64,000 bases of DNA from an uncultured Planctomycetaceae bacterium (GTDB taxonomy: Bacteria; Planctomycetota; Planctomycetia; Planctomycetales; Planctomycetaceae): contig CAWFGE010000023.1 of NCBI GenBank assembly GCA_963815195.1, forward strand, positions 224,001-288,000, written 5' to 3'. The notes beneath the pieces were generated by a model. That model searched no databases. It was given only the letters and a program-made list of their open reading frames with translations, and was not told the DNA's origin. The position numbers and the translations under genes were made by a program. Every line of letters begins with the position of its first letter. Position 1 is the stretch's first letter. Below are positions 43,230-53,735 of the stretch, in pieces.

Positions 43230-43607
43230 ATGGCGGGATTCCGCGGGTATCAAGATTTAGCCGTTTGGCGGAAGTCCCTGGAATTGGTTGTCACCTGCTA
43301 CGAAATCGCGAAAGGTTTTCCCGCCTCCGAAAAGTTTGGTCTCTGTTCTCAACTTCAACGAGCAGCCGTTTCCGTGCCCGCCAACATCGCCGAAGGACAC
43401 GGACGCGGCTCAACAAAAGAGTTTCTGCATTTCCTTCACATTGCCTACGGCTCCTTGATGGAATTGGAAACTCATTTGCAGATCGGATTTCAACTGCAAT
43501 ATCTGACCTCCGATCAATTGGAGAACTTATTACTGCAATCCGGTGAAATCGGCCGCATGCTCAATGGATTGAAATCCTCCTTACAACGCAGGCTGCCATC
43601 AACTTAA
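43230..43607 (+). CDS. Four-helix-bundle protein (23S rRNA intervening-sequence family)
   Basis: DLAVW, FP..EKFGL.SQLQRAAVSVPANIAEG.GR, IA.GSL.ELET. Confidence 0.92.
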   Translation: MAGFRGYQDLAVWRKSLELVVTCYEIAKGFPASEKFGLCSQLQRAAVSVPANIAEGHGRGSTKEFLHFLHIAYGSLMELETHLQIGFQLQYLTSDQLENLLLQSGEIGRMLNGLKSSLQRRLPST

Positions 43608-43622
43608 AACCCTACCTTTTCC

Positions 43623-43662
43623 TAACCTCTGACCTCTGACCTCTGACCTCTGACCTCTGATC
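43623..43662 (+). repeat. Heptamer tandem repeat (CTGACCT)n, complementary to degenerate heptamers at 43197-43223
   Basis: AACCTCTGACCTCTGACCTCTGACCTCTGACCTCTGATCT versus GATCGGAGGCCAGAGGTCGGAGGCCAG. Confidence 0.85.
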
Positions 43663-43673
43663 TGGAGATCACC

Positions 43674-44945
43674 ATGAATTTGAGCATTCCCAACGACATG
43701 TCCCGCCGGCACTTCATGCGGCATATGGCGACGGCGGCGGCGACGGTGCCGGCCCTGAACTTCCTGTCGCATCTGCAAACGCACGCGGCGGAAGTCAAGA
43801 AGAATCAGAAGGCCTGCATCCTGATGTGGATGGGCGGCGGGCCTCCCACGATCGACATTTGGGACTTAAAGCCCGGCAGCAAGAACGGCGGCGAGTTCAA
43901 GCCGATCGACACCAAGGCTCCCGGCGTCCAGATCAGCGAGCACATGCCCAAGACAGCGATGCAGTTTCAGGACCTGTCGATCGTGCGGTCCATGAGCACC
44001 CGCGAAGCCGACCACGGCCGCGGCCGGTATTTTATGCACACCTCGTTCGTCCCGAACCCCACCGTCGTGCACCCGACGTTCGGTTCGGTCGTCAGCTACG
44101 AAGTCGGCAAAAAGCGGCCCCAACTGGAAATCCCGGCGTTCGTGTCCATCGGCGGCGGAGCCGGCAGCCCGGGCTATATGGGCATGACCCATGCTCCGTT
44201 CGACGTGGATTCCAACGGCAACATCAAAAACGCCAGCATGGGCGATGTGAGCAAAGGCCGGCTCAACCAGCGGCTGGCGATGCTTGATGTCGTGGAGTCG
44301 AACTTCATCGGCTCGAAGCGAGGCGAAGCCCCCAAAGCCCACCGCGAAGTCTACGAGAAAGCCGTCAACCTGATGACCTCGGATCAGATGGCCGCCTTCA
44401 AAGTCGCCGACGAAAAGCCCGAAGTCCTCGAAGCCTACGGCAACAACAACTTCGGCAAAGGCCTCTTGATGGCCCGCCGGCTCGTCGAGACCGGCGTGCC
44501 CTTCGTGGAAGTCAACCTGGGCGGCTGGGACCTGCACAACGATGTGTTTAACAACCTCCGCACGCAGAAGTTGCCGACGCTCGATCAAGGCATCGCCGCC
44601 TTGGTGCAGGACCTCCGCTCGCGGGGCCTGCTCGAACACACGACGCTCGTGTGGATGGGCGAGTTCGCCCGCACCCCGCGGATCAACCAGAACGTCGGCC
44701 GCGACCACTGGGCCGCCAGTTGGAGCGTGATGATCGGCGGCGGCGGACTGCGGAACGGCCAGGCGATCGGCGAAACCGATGCCGACGGCACCTCGGTCGT
44801 CGGTAAGAGCTACCTGCCCGGCGACATCTGGGCCACGGTCGCTTATGCCTTGGGCATTCCCATCGACACCGTGCACACCTCGAAAAACGGCCGCCCGATG
44901 CGCCTCGCCAACGGCGGCACGCCGATCAAAGAACTCATCGGCTGA
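43674..44945 (+). CDS. DUF1501 family protein with Tat signal
   Basis: SRRHF, WMGGGP..D.WDLKP, ARRLVE.GV.FV, GWD.H, GEF.RTP, GRDHW. Confidence 0.92.
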   Translation: MNLSIPNDMSRRHFMRHMATAAATVPALNFLSHLQTHAAEVKKNQKACILMWMGGGPPTIDIWDLKPGSKNGGEFKPIDTKAPGVQISEHMPKTAMQFQDLSIVRSMSTREADHGRGRYFMHTSFVPNPTVVHPTFGSVVSYEVGKKRPQLEIPAFVSIGGGAGSPGYMGMTHAPFDVDSNGNIKNASMGDVSKGRLNQRLAMLDVVESNFIGSKRGEAPKAHREVYEKAVNLMTSDQMAAFKVADEKPEVLEAYGNNNFGKGLLMARRLVETGVPFVEVNLGGWDLHNDVFNNLRTQKLPTLDQGIAALVQDLRSRGLLEHTTLVWMGEFARTPRINQNVGRDHWAASWSVMIGGGGLRNGQAIGETDADGTSVVGKSYLPGDIWATVAYALGIPIDTVHTSKNGRPMRLANGGTPIKELIG

Positions 44946-45145
44946 TAAAGAGCCAAGAGCTCTAATTAGCCCGAAGCGCAAGCGAGGGAATTTCAACAGC
45001 CTTGCGCTGCGGGCTGGTCTTCGGAGAGCCTTGAAAAAAGACGGAAAATATCCTGGCCCGAACCCGAGCACGCGGAATGGGAACGTGCCGCTTTGGTGCT
45101 TGAATCAATCGGACCTGACTACCGTTCCCTGACGGTGCGGGCCAG

Positions 45146-45181
45146 GAGGCGGGGAATCACGCGTGATTCCCCGCCTCTTTG
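45146..45181 (+). terminator. Perfect palindrome / terminator
   Basis: GAGGCGGGGAATCAC-GC-GTGATTCCCCGCCTC then TTT. Confidence 0.6.
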
Positions 45182-45320
45182 TGTACAACCTGACGAGCGT
45201 GGGGCGTGAGTCCCATGAGAATCAAACCGTTTCAATCGTCGAAAATAATCAGCCGGCTGACGCCGGCCGCTCGCCTCGTTTTTTTGGTCATTGGTGCTTG
45301 GTCATTAGGACTTCTCCAAG

Positions 45321-45868
45321 ATGGCGTCGAACTCCAACCCCACCACCTTCTCTCCCCCCGACGAGGAGTTCGTGCGGTTGTTTACGCGCTATCAGCGGCC
45401 GTTGTTTTTGTACCTGCTCACGCGGGTGCCCAATCCGGTGGAAGCCGAGGAGATCCTGCAGGAGACGAACATCGTCATCTGGCGGAAGTTCTCGCAGTTC
45501 ACGCCGGGCACGAATTTCCTGGCCTGGGCTTCGCAGATCGCCAAGTACGAGATTCTGAAATACCGGCAGCGAAACCACAAAGACAAGCTGCACTTCAGTG
45601 ATCGCTTTGTGGAACATCTCGCCGACGAAGACGCGGACGACGGCGAGCATTGGGACGCCCGGCGGGAGGCGCTGATGAAATGCCTCGGCAAGCTGCGGAC
45701 AAAGGACCGCGAACTCATCGAACGCCGCTACCAGCCCGGCGAAACGGGCACGAGTCTCGCCGAGGTTTTGGAGCGGCCGGTCAATTCGGTTTATCAGTCG
45801 CTGGGCGCATCCGCCGGACGTTGCTCGAGTGCATCCATCGCGAACTGAGCGCGGAGGCCGGGCCATGA
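45321..45868 (+). CDS. ECF sigma-70 factor, Rhodopirellula/Verrucomicrobia type (frameshift near 45805)
   Basis: AEEILQETN..IWRK, NFLAWA..IA, LMKCL.KL, VY..L.RIR..L.EC. Confidence 0.88.
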
Positions 45869-48048
45869 TCTCCCCCAACAGCCAGTTTTCCGATCCCCGC
45901 CACGAATTGTGGACACTCCTGGAAGCTCTCTGCGAAGACCGCCTCGCCGCGGAAGAAGCCGAGCGGCTGGAAGAGTGGGTCCTGGGCGACCACGGTGCCC
46001 GGCGGATTTACCGGGACTACATCGAACTCCACGGTTCCTTATATTGGGACACCGCGATCGCGGGAGAATCGCCCGATCCAATCCCGGCGGCATCCTCGAT
46101 CCAAGGCAACGGAAAGCCGGGTCCGTCTTCCAAACCGACTTCCCGTCGGCGCTTCTTTCAGGCGAAACAGAGTCTGCTCGCGCTCGCGGTCTTGCTGTTC
46201 GCGGGCTTGGGGCTTTGGTCGGGGGGAGTGTTCCGAGACGAATCGGCAAATCCCCGCGTGGTGAACCGGCCGCACGACGCCAAACCCGCGACTTCGCCAA
46301 AGAATCCCCCGGACCGGAACCGACTGCCAAAGAACCCGTCGCCGTTGATTGCGGTGCAGCCGTCCAAAGGGTCTCCCAGGAAGGACGACCCCTGGCCCGC
46401 GATTGCCCAGCATGCACCGCGGGGGGCTTCGCATCCAAAATCTCCCATCGACGGGCCGAATCGACTCGGCACGAAAGAGCCCAAGGAAAAACCCGAGCCC
46501 CGGCACGGATCGGAAGCCGCGATCGTGGCCGCCATCAATCAAGGCATCAAGGACGGTTGGAAGGCGGCGGAACTCGCGCCTTCGCCGATCGCCGGCGATG
46601 CCGAGTGGCTCCGCCGCGTGCATCTCGATCTGGTGGGGCATATCCCGCCGCCGGATGCGGTCGAGGAGTTTCTTGCAGACGCCCGGTCGGACAAGCGGGT
46701 CCTCAAAATCAACGAGCTTCTGGACGACCCCGCCTACGTTCGCAATTTTGCGACGGTGTGGACGAACCTGCTGGTGGGGCGGTCCACCGAGCGGGAAGTG
46801 GACCGGTTCGCGGTGCACCGCTTCCTCCGCGAAAGCTTCGCCCGCAACCGCCCGTGGAGCGAAGTCGTTTACGATCTGGTCTCCGCGGAAGGACCGGCCG
46901 AAGAAAACGGAGCGTCGGGGTTTCTTCTGGCCCATCTCAACAACGAAGCCGTGCCCGCGACGGCGATCACGGCCCGGCTGTTTCTCTGCAGGCAGGTCCA
47001 ATGCACGCAGTGCCACAAGCACCCCTGGAACGAATCGCAGCAAAGCGAGTTCTGGGAACTCAACAGCTTCTTTCAGCAAACAGGCATCGAACGCCGGCGG
47101 CTGGAATTGCCCGGCGGGAAGTCGCGGATGACGCGGGCCCTCGTCTCCAGACCGGAGGGCGGGCCGACGTTTTACGAAGACCGCAAGGGCGTGATGCAGG
47201 CGGCTTATCCCCGGTTTGCCGGCGTCGAAGTCAGCCCGAAACCGCACACCAACCGCCGGCGGGAACTCGCGGAGTTGATGACGACCGGCGAAAGGGATCA
47301 ACTGGCGAAAGCGATGGTCAACCGCACGTGGGCTCACTTTTTCGGCTACGGATTTACGCAGCCGCTGGACGACATGGGGCCACACAAAATCCCCTCGCAT
47401 CCCGAGCTTTTGGACCGGCTGGCGGAGGAATTCATCCAAAGCGGCTACGATGTGAAACAACTCATCCGCTGGATTTGCCTGTCCGATCCCTATCAGCGGA
47501 CCAGCCGGTTTTCCCCCGGCAACGACCGCGACAACCCGTCCATCGGCGAGACGCCGATGTTCAGTCGAATGTATGTCCGCTCGATGACGGCCGAGCAGCT
47601 TTACGATTCGCTGCTGGTCGCAACCCGGGCCCAGATGGCCGCCGGTTCGAGTTGGGACGACATCCAAAGGCAGCGGCAGGAATGGCTCCAGCAATTCGTC
47701 ACGGCCTTCGAGACCGAAGAAAACGACGAGGAAACGCAGTTCGAGGGCACGGTGCCTCAGGCGCTGCTGTTAATGAACAGCGAACTCGTGGAGCAAGCGG
47801 TCCGGCCTAAACAGGGGACCTATTTCGCGGCCGTGCTTTATAGTCCCGGCAGCGAAACGGATAAGATCCGCCGGCTGTGCCTCGCGGCGTTGTCCCGGCA
47901 ACCGACTCCGCATGAACTCGCCGCGGCCCGCAAACTCATCAAGCTCCGCCGAGCCGCCGCCAACAACGACCCCCGCGCCGGCGTCGAAGCCCTGCAAGAC
48001 GTGTTCTGGGCTTTTTTGAACTCGAATGAATTCATTCTGGTCCATTGA
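45865..48048 (+). CDS. Anti-sigma-like N-terminus + TM + DUF1549/DUF1553 domains
   Basis: Overlaps ECF stop (ATGA); RLEE.V.....AR.IY.DY..LH.SL, hydrophobic TM, CTQCHKHP. Confidence 0.85.
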   Translation: MISPNSQFSDPRHELWTLLEALCEDRLAAEEAERLEEWVLGDHGARRIYRDYIELHGSLYWDTAIAGESPDPIPAASSIQGNGKPGPSSKPTSRRRFFQAKQSLLALAVLLFAGLGLWSGGVFRDESANPRVVNRPHDAKPATSPKNPPDRNRLPKNPSPLIAVQPSKGSPRKDDPWPAIAQHAPRGASHPKSPIDGPNRLGTKEPKEKPEPRHGSEAAIVAAINQGIKDGWKAAELAPSPIAGDAEWLRRVHLDLVGHIPPPDAVEEFLADARSDKRVLKINELLDDPAYVRNFATVWTNLLVGRSTEREVDRFAVHRFLRESFARNRPWSEVVYDLVSAEGPAEENGASGFLLAHLNNEAVPATAITARLFLCRQVQCTQCHKHPWNESQQSEFWELNSFFQQTGIERRRLELPGGKSRMTRALVSRPEGGPTFYEDRKGVMQAAYPRFAGVEVSPKPHTNRRRELAELMTTGERDQLAKAMVNRTWAHFFGYGFTQPLDDMGPHKIPSHPELLDRLAEEFIQSGYDVKQLIRWICLSDPYQRTSRFSPGNDRDNPSIGETPMFSRMYVRSMTAEQLYDSLLVATRAQMAAGSSWDDIQRQRQEWLQQFVTAFETEENDEETQFEGTVPQALLLMNSELVEQAVRPKQGTYFAAVLYSPGSETDKIRRLCLAALSRQPTPHELAAARKLIKLRRAAANNDPRAGVEALQDVFWAFLNSNEFILVH

Positions 48049-48072
48049 ACCGGGAACAGAACCGCTCGCGGC

Positions 48073-49383
48073 TTACAAGTTTTTCTGGGACGTGTCGTTC
48101 TCGACGCGGCTTTCCGCGAACCACAGGCAGAGTTTGCGGATGTCGCCCAGTTGCGAAAGCTGGCGGACGCGGCGGCGGGCGGTGCCCGTGCCGAGGGCGG
48201 GCGAGTAGCCGTGATGATGGTCCGCGATCGCGAGGGCCTGCGAAACGTCTTCCAGCGTCACACCGTCGCGGCGATTTGTGACCGCCAGCCAGCGGGCGAG
48301 CCAGGTCGTCACCGGATACATCAGCGCCAGACTTTGAAATCCTTCGACCAGCGGAACGTCGTAATACGCCCGGCCGCAGAAATGCAGGCCCTGGACTTTG
48401 ACCCGGAAATACCGCGTGAACATCTCCTCGGCCCCGGCGGGCAGATCCCGTGAGACGTTCTCCACCTCCGCAAACGGCACCTCGCCGACCGCGGTCTGGA
48501 GCGCGGGCAGATTCCCCTTCCCCCGGGCGAACTTGAGCGCGGCTTTCAATAGCCGCAGCCGGCCTTTCCAGCCCGAAGCCACGTCCGCCGCGGTGTCTTT
48601 GCGGGCGTATTGCGCGAGCAGCATCCGAAAGTGCAGCCGCCCCGTGCGGCTGGGTTCCTTGGGCTCCGTGTTCGCGAGCGAAGCGTCCACCTCGGCCGCG
48701 GTCGCTCCGATAATGAGTTCCAAAAACTCCGCCAGCCGGCCGCCCTGGATCTTCTCGAACCGCGCCGCTTCCACCAACTGCAGCCAACCGAGCGTTCGGC
48801 ACAGCTTGATTCCGATCCCCGCATCGTCCGCCGCGAGGCCTTGGTCGATCGCCGTGATGAACTGGTGAAAGTCGGCCCAGCCGAGTTTTTCGCGGCGGTT
48901 GATGGGGGGCGGCGGAATCTCGCGGGCCTCGATCGGCACCACGAGCGACGCGAGCTTTTTGAGTTCGCGGGCGTTTTCGGCCAAGGGCTTTCCCAGGTTC
49001 GAGACGACCGAAGGGCAACTGAACCGGAGGCTCACCGCGACCTTCTTGCCGTCGGGGTGAAACGCATACGGATAGACCCGGCAGGCGAGCGGTTTGGCGG
49101 CTTCGCCGAACTTGGCGTGAATCCGGCACAGGCCGTCTTCGTTCAAAAACACGCAGGCCCCGTCCGGCTGATGGGCGAGCGCCGACCGCTTGTTCCACCG
49201 CGGCCCCAGGGATTGAAACAACGGCTGCCCCGGCGGGATGCCGTCGTCGGCGGTCCAATTTTGCCGTTCGATCCGCTCGCGTTCTTCCGCGGTGATTTCA
49301 ATCTGATGCTGCCGGCAACACCCGCTGCAATTGTGGCAACTCCAATTCTGCAAAACGGGCAATTCCAAATCGTGTCGGGCCAT
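48073..49383 (-). CDS. YkgJ-family cysteine-cluster (Zn/Fe chelating) protein
   Basis: CHNCSGCC, CVFL....LCRIH, KP.AC..YP. Confidence 0.85.
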   Translation of the reverse strand: MARHDLELPVLQNWSCHNCSGCCRQHQIEITAEERERIERQNWTADDGIPPGQPLFQSLGPRWNKRSALAHQPDGACVFLNEDGLCRIHAKFGEAAKPLACRVYPYAFHPDGKKVAVSLRFSCPSVVSNLGKPLAENARELKKLASLVVPIEAREIPPPPINRREKLGWADFHQFITAIDQGLAADDAGIGIKLCRTLGWLQLVEAARFEKIQGGRLAEFLELIIGATAAEVDASLANTEPKEPSRTGRLHFRMLLAQYARKDTAADVASGWKGRLRLLKAALKFARGKGNLPALQTAVGEVPFAEVENVSRDLPAGAEEMFTRYFRVKVQGLHFCGRAYYDVPLVEGFQSLALMYPVTTWLARWLAVTNRRDGVTLEDVSQALAIADHHHGYSPALGTGTARRRVRQLSQLGDIRKLCLWFAESRVENDTSQKNL

Positions 49384-49557
49384 GAGATTGATCGATGAAG
49401 ATGGGAAAGGAGCAAAGCGGACTGAGCTTTCTTCAATCTTAGGCAGTTCGGCCCCCAAAGGCGACAACACGCGGATTGCACTGGTTTCCGATTTCGCCGT
49501 CTGCGAAACTGAAAACAGGGCGAGGGGCAACGCGAAAAAAGCCGAGAGGAGGATTCC

Positions 49558-50958
49558 ATGCACATGACGACATATCGAATAACGACGGCCGCGAACGTTC
49601 CGATGCGCAAAATCCGTCCGCGTTCCCTCGTGTCTTTGTGGTTCCTATTTCTGCCTTTCGCGGGATGCTTGGTCTTACCGAGTTTTGGCGACGCGGAAGA
49701 TGCCCCGGCGAAAACCATGCAAAAGAAGGAATGGGTCGCGGAGCAAATCGCGAGGTTGGATGCCGACACTTTGAAGGAGCGCTCGGCGGCGGAAAAAGAA
49801 CTGCTCGAAGCCGGCCCGGAGATCCTGCCGATGCTGCCGCCGCCGGAATTGCTCCCGAGCGCTTCGGTCAAACAGGCCGTGCGGCGGGTGCGGGTCCGGC
49901 TCGAAGAAGCCCAGGCGCGGGAGTCCGTCAAACCCGCCCGGATCACTTTGAAAGAAACCGCGCCGCTCGAAAACATTCTGAAAGCCGTTGCCGAACGGAC
50001 CGGCAATGCGATTGACGCCTCCGCGCTCCCCCCGGCGATGCGCGAACGCTCCGTGTCGCTCGATGTTTCCAATGAGCCATTTTGGGACGTGATGGAACAT
50101 CTCGCCAAAGACGCGGGCTTCGTGATCGATGGCTCCGCGAAAGGGAACATCAACCGCTCCGAACTGGTTTTAGAACCGGATTCGAAAACGGCCATTAAGC
50201 CCAGCGCCTCGACGAACGTGGGGGCGTTTCGCGTGGAGGTCGATCCGCTCAAGCTCCGCACGCGGTTCGGGAAAGACGATCAGCAATTGTTGCGGGTGCC
50301 GTTCCGGTTGTCCGCCGAGCCTCGGCTGCGGCCGCTGTTTTTGAAGCTCGCCGGCAAAGACTTTTCCGCCCGCACAAAAAAGGGCCGATCGCTCGATCCC
50401 TTCAATCCCGCCCAGAAGCTGGAACTGCCCTTGGGCGAAGGCGGCACCGAGGCGACATTCCACATGGACTACCAGGTGCAAAAGCCTTTCCAGGCGGACG
50501 CCGTCGAACTGACCGGCCAGGCGACCTTGACCGTGGCGGCGGATTCGGAGGACATCACTTTCAGCGATTTGGCGAAATCGACCGGAGCCGCCCGCCGGCG
50601 GGGAGGCGTGACGGTGACGCTCAACGAGGTCGAGTTTGAGCCCGACAAGAAGCACGCGGATCGGCAATCGGCCGTCGTCCGCGTCACGGTGCATTACGAC
50701 ACCGGCGGCCCCGCGTTTGAATCGCATCGCACGTGGATCTTCCATAACCGCGTGTTTTTGGAAGATGCCCAAGGACGGCGGATCGAACGCGGCCAGCAAT
50801 ACCGCACCGACCTCCAGACCGACGGCGGCGTGATGGTGGAATACAACTTCGACAACCTCCCCGGGGGCAAGGACGATTACCGCTTCACCTACGTCGCCCC
50901 CACACTGATCATCGACGTGCCGATCCGCTTCGAGTTCAAATCGCTGTCCGTTCCGTAG
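49558..50958 (+). CDS. Exported hypothetical protein (start may be 49603)
   Basis: Long ORF with host codon usage and signal-like segment. Confidence 0.7.
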   Translation: MHMTTYRITTAANVPMRKIRPRSLVSLWFLFLPFAGCLVLPSFGDAEDAPAKTMQKKEWVAEQIARLDADTLKERSAAEKELLEAGPEILPMLPPPELLPSASVKQAVRRVRVRLEEAQARESVKPARITLKETAPLENILKAVAERTGNAIDASALPPAMRERSVSLDVSNEPFWDVMEHLAKDAGFVIDGSAKGNINRSELVLEPDSKTAIKPSASTNVGAFRVEVDPLKLRTRFGKDDQQLLRVPFRLSAEPRLRPLFLKLAGKDFSARTKKGRSLDPFNPAQKLELPLGEGGTEATFHMDYQVQKPFQADAVELTGQATLTVAADSEDITFSDLAKSTGAARRRGGVTVTLNEVEFEPDKKHADRQSAVVRVTVHYDTGGPAFESHRTWIFHNRVFLEDAQGRRIERGQQYRTDLQTDGGVMVEYNFDNLPGGKDDYRFTYVAPTLIIDVPIRFEFKSLSVP

Positions 50959-51031
50959 CGGCGGCTTCCAGCCGCCGAGGTCGAACCACGGCCGCAAGAT
51001 GCCGCCGCGACTTGTCGAGAATCCGCGCCGG

Positions 51032-51866
51032 TCAGGGGGCTCGATCCTGAAGCGCGTGCCGGACCGAGCTGGCGATTTCCAGGACTTCCTGCGTGGTCGC
51101 CTCCCGGCGGAGCGAAAGCAGGCTGCGGTGCGTGGCTTTTACTTTGGAGGACAGCCATTCCTCGGCGGATTGCGTGGCCACCAGCCGAGCCCCGTGTTCC
51201 GAGGCGAGGGAATCGAGCAGCGTCTGAAACAGCCGAATGTAAAGGTATTCGCGGATCGTCACCGCTGCGAGATGGCTTTCGCTGACATAAGGCGAAGGGA
51301 TCAGCCGGGACTTTTTGCGCGGGCTCGATGGGCAGGACGGAGGTGACGACCGGCGTAAATTCGCCGACGCCCGCGAACCGGGCGGAGATGAACTCCAATC
51401 GATCGAACCGGCCGTCGAGATAGTCCTCCAGTAAATCCTGCGCGAGTTCCAACAGCAGTTCGGTCAGCCCGGCGATGCTGCTCGGGGCCCGGTATTGCCG
51501 GGAGATCGTCAAACCCGCTTGGGTCAGTCCGTTGGCCGGGCGGTGCCCGACGCAATAGAGCCTTTGAGCCCCCGTTTGGCGAACATGCTGAATGGCCGAC
51601 TGCGTGAGGCGGGTGTTGTAGCCGTCGCAGAGTCCCAGGTCGCTGGCAATCAGCAGGGTTGCGGATGCTGACGTTGTGCTCACGGGCGGCGCGAAATTCA
51701 TCGCGGCGACGACTTCCTCGATGCCTTCGCGGTAGGCATGGGCGGCGGCCAGCCCTTCGCGGGACTTGCGAAAGTGATGGGCCGCCAGCGACTTCATCGC
51801 CGATACGGCTTCGGAGAGCGTCTCCAACGTATGCAGGCGGCGCTTCAAATCCTGGCCATGCTTCAT
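51032..51866 (-). CDS. atpG: N-ATPase gamma subunit (frameshift near 51310)
   Basis: VSAMK.LA, SDLGLCDGYN, SEHGARL, LRREATTQEVLEI. Confidence 0.9.
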
Positions 51867-51895
51867 TTCAAACTCCTCGATTCGCGCTCGGCTCG

Positions 51896-51974
51896 GGTGG
51901 CACGCCCTGAGGAACGAAGGGCGTGGTTCTTGCGTTCGCCACGCCCTTCGCTTCACTCAGGGGCGTGCCACCCA
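51896..51974. repeat. REP-like family A doublet between atpA and atpG
   Basis: GGGTGGCACGCCCTGAGGAACGAAGGGCGTGG...CCACGCCCTTCG...CGTGCCACCC. Confidence 0.85.
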
Positions 51975-51994
51975 AATTCTCTCCAGGTTTTATT

Positions 51995-53494
51995 TCAATG
52001 TCGTGCCGATTCGCGCTCGGCAATCTGGCGGAGTTGCTCTTGCCAGCCGTCCGGAAGTTTGCCGGCGTCGAGGTCGGCGATGATGTTAGGAATCTCTCGG
52101 CGGGCGGTTGCGAGGATATTTGCGATTCGGCGTCTCGCGTTGTCCAGGGTGACATCCTTCAGCCAGCCTTCATGGACGGCGGTCAAAGTCAGCACTTGCT
52201 CGGCGGGCGAGCGCGGGGCGAACCGCGGTTGTCTCAACAGATCCCGCATCAGCCGGCCCCGGCCAATCGTGGCTTGGGTTGCTTCATCCACATCCAGCCC
52301 CACGCGGGTCAGGGCTTCGAGGGCTTCGAAGCGGGACATGAGAATCCGCAGGTTCCGCGAGGCGGCCCGAATGGAAGCCGGCTGCGCGGCCGAGCCGATC
52401 CGCGACACGCTCCGCCCGATGTCGATCGCCGGCCGCTGGTTCCGCTCGAAGCGGGTGGTGTCGAGATAGATTTGGCCGTCGGTGATGGAGATCAAATTCG
52501 TCGGGATGTAGGCGGAAATATCGCTCTCGGTGGTTTCGATAATGGGCAGCGCCGTCACCGAGCCGCCGCCGGATTCCGCCCGCAGAGCCGTGGCTCGCTC
52601 CAAGAGCTCGGCATGGATATAAAAAATGTCGCCGGGAAACGCCTCGCGGCCGGGGGGACGCTCCAAAAGCAGCGCGAGTTCGCGGTAGGCGTCGGCGTGC
52701 TTCGTCAGATCATCATAGACCACCAGCGAATGCCCGCCGCGATTGCGGAAGGACTCGGCCACCGAAGCCCCCGCGTAAGGAGCCAGGTATTGGAGGCCCG
52801 GTGCCATCGAAGCATCCGCGGCGATGATCGCGGTGTTGTCGTAACAGCCGGCATCGATCAGCGTTTCCCGCAATGCCAGCACGCGGGACATGGGCTGGCC
52901 GATCGACACATAAACGCAGCACACGTCGCCCGGCTTCTGGTTGGCGACAATGTCCAGGCACAGGGCCGATTTGCCGGTGTTCCGATCGCCGATGATAAGT
53001 TCCCGCTGCCCGCGCCCGACGGGGATGGCGGAATCGACGATCGTCACGCCGGAGAGCAGCGGCTCATCGACGCTCTTACGGTCGATGAACTCGGGTGCCG
53101 GCCGGAACAGCGGCAGCCTTTCGTCGGAATTGAGGGTCGGGCCATCGTCGAGCGGATTGCCCAAGGGATCGAGAATCCGCCCGAGCGTGCCCGGCCCCAC
53201 GGGAATCGAAGGCAAGCGGGCCAGCGAAACCACGCCTTCCCCGGCACCGACCCGCTCGGCTCCGGCGAGCAGCACCGCGCCCACGCTGCCCTGGCGGATG
53301 TCGTAGGCCATCCCGTAGGCCCCGGAATCGAAGAGCAACAGTTCCTCGTAGCCGACGTTCTCCAACCCGACGATAAACGCCACGCCGTCGCCCACGCGGC
53401 GGATCACGCCCCGCGGCTTGAAGCCTTCCGACAACGCCAAACCGCGCCCGGCCTTTTGGACCGAGTTTTCCAAAATGTCAATGGGATCCGGCAT
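51995..53494 (-). CDS. atpA: N-ATPase alpha subunit
   Basis: GRGQRELIIGDRNTGKS, PPGREAFPGD, PTNLISITDGQI, SVSRIG. Confidence 0.95.
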   Translation of the reverse strand: MPDPIDILENSVQKAGRGLALSEGFKPRGVIRRVGDGVAFIVGLENVGYEELLLFDSGAYGMAYDIRQGSVGAVLLAGAERVGAGEGVVSLARLPSIPVGPGTLGRILDPLGNPLDDGPTLNSDERLPLFRPAPEFIDRKSVDEPLLSGVTIVDSAIPVGRGQRELIIGDRNTGKSALCLDIVANQKPGDVCCVYVSIGQPMSRVLALRETLIDAGCYDNTAIIAADASMAPGLQYLAPYAGASVAESFRNRGGHSLVVYDDLTKHADAYRELALLLERPPGREAFPGDIFYIHAELLERATALRAESGGGSVTALPIIETTESDISAYIPTNLISITDGQIYLDTTRFERNQRPAIDIGRSVSRIGSAAQPASIRAASRNLRILMSRFEALEALTRVGLDVDEATQATIGRGRLMRDLLRQPRFAPRSPAEQVLTLTAVHEGWLKDVTLDNARRRIANILATARREIPNIIADLDAGKLPDGWQEQLRQIAERESARH

Positions 53495-53641
53495 AAGCGA
53501 GCGGCGAGCGAAGTGCAAAGAGCGGAGAGCCAGAAGTTGGTCCTCAAAAAACGCGTGGTGAAACAGAGAATAACCCCATCGATGCGGCGGAGGCAACTGC
53601 GAATCCCATTAAGAGACTCTCCCATAAGTGGCATTGATGTA

Positions 53642-53707
53642 AGCGGCACGGCGCTAGCCGCCGGTCGAGTATAGAGGACGCACGCCGGCGGCTAGCGCCA
53701 TGCCGCT
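53642..53707. repeat. Palindromic element between atpF and atpA
   Basis: AGCGGCACGGCGCTAGCCGCCGG ... CCGGCGGCTAGCGCCATGCCGCT. Confidence 0.8.
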
Positions 53708-53735
53708 CGTTTTTCAGGCTTATGTGGGAAAGACT

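Noticed and set aside
45909..47810. Long alternative-frame or antisense ORFs (also 51923-53674, 41654-43186, 10453-11916, 7259-8611)
   Set aside because: Shadow ORFs of high-GC genes with no motifs; each overlaps a well-supported CDS
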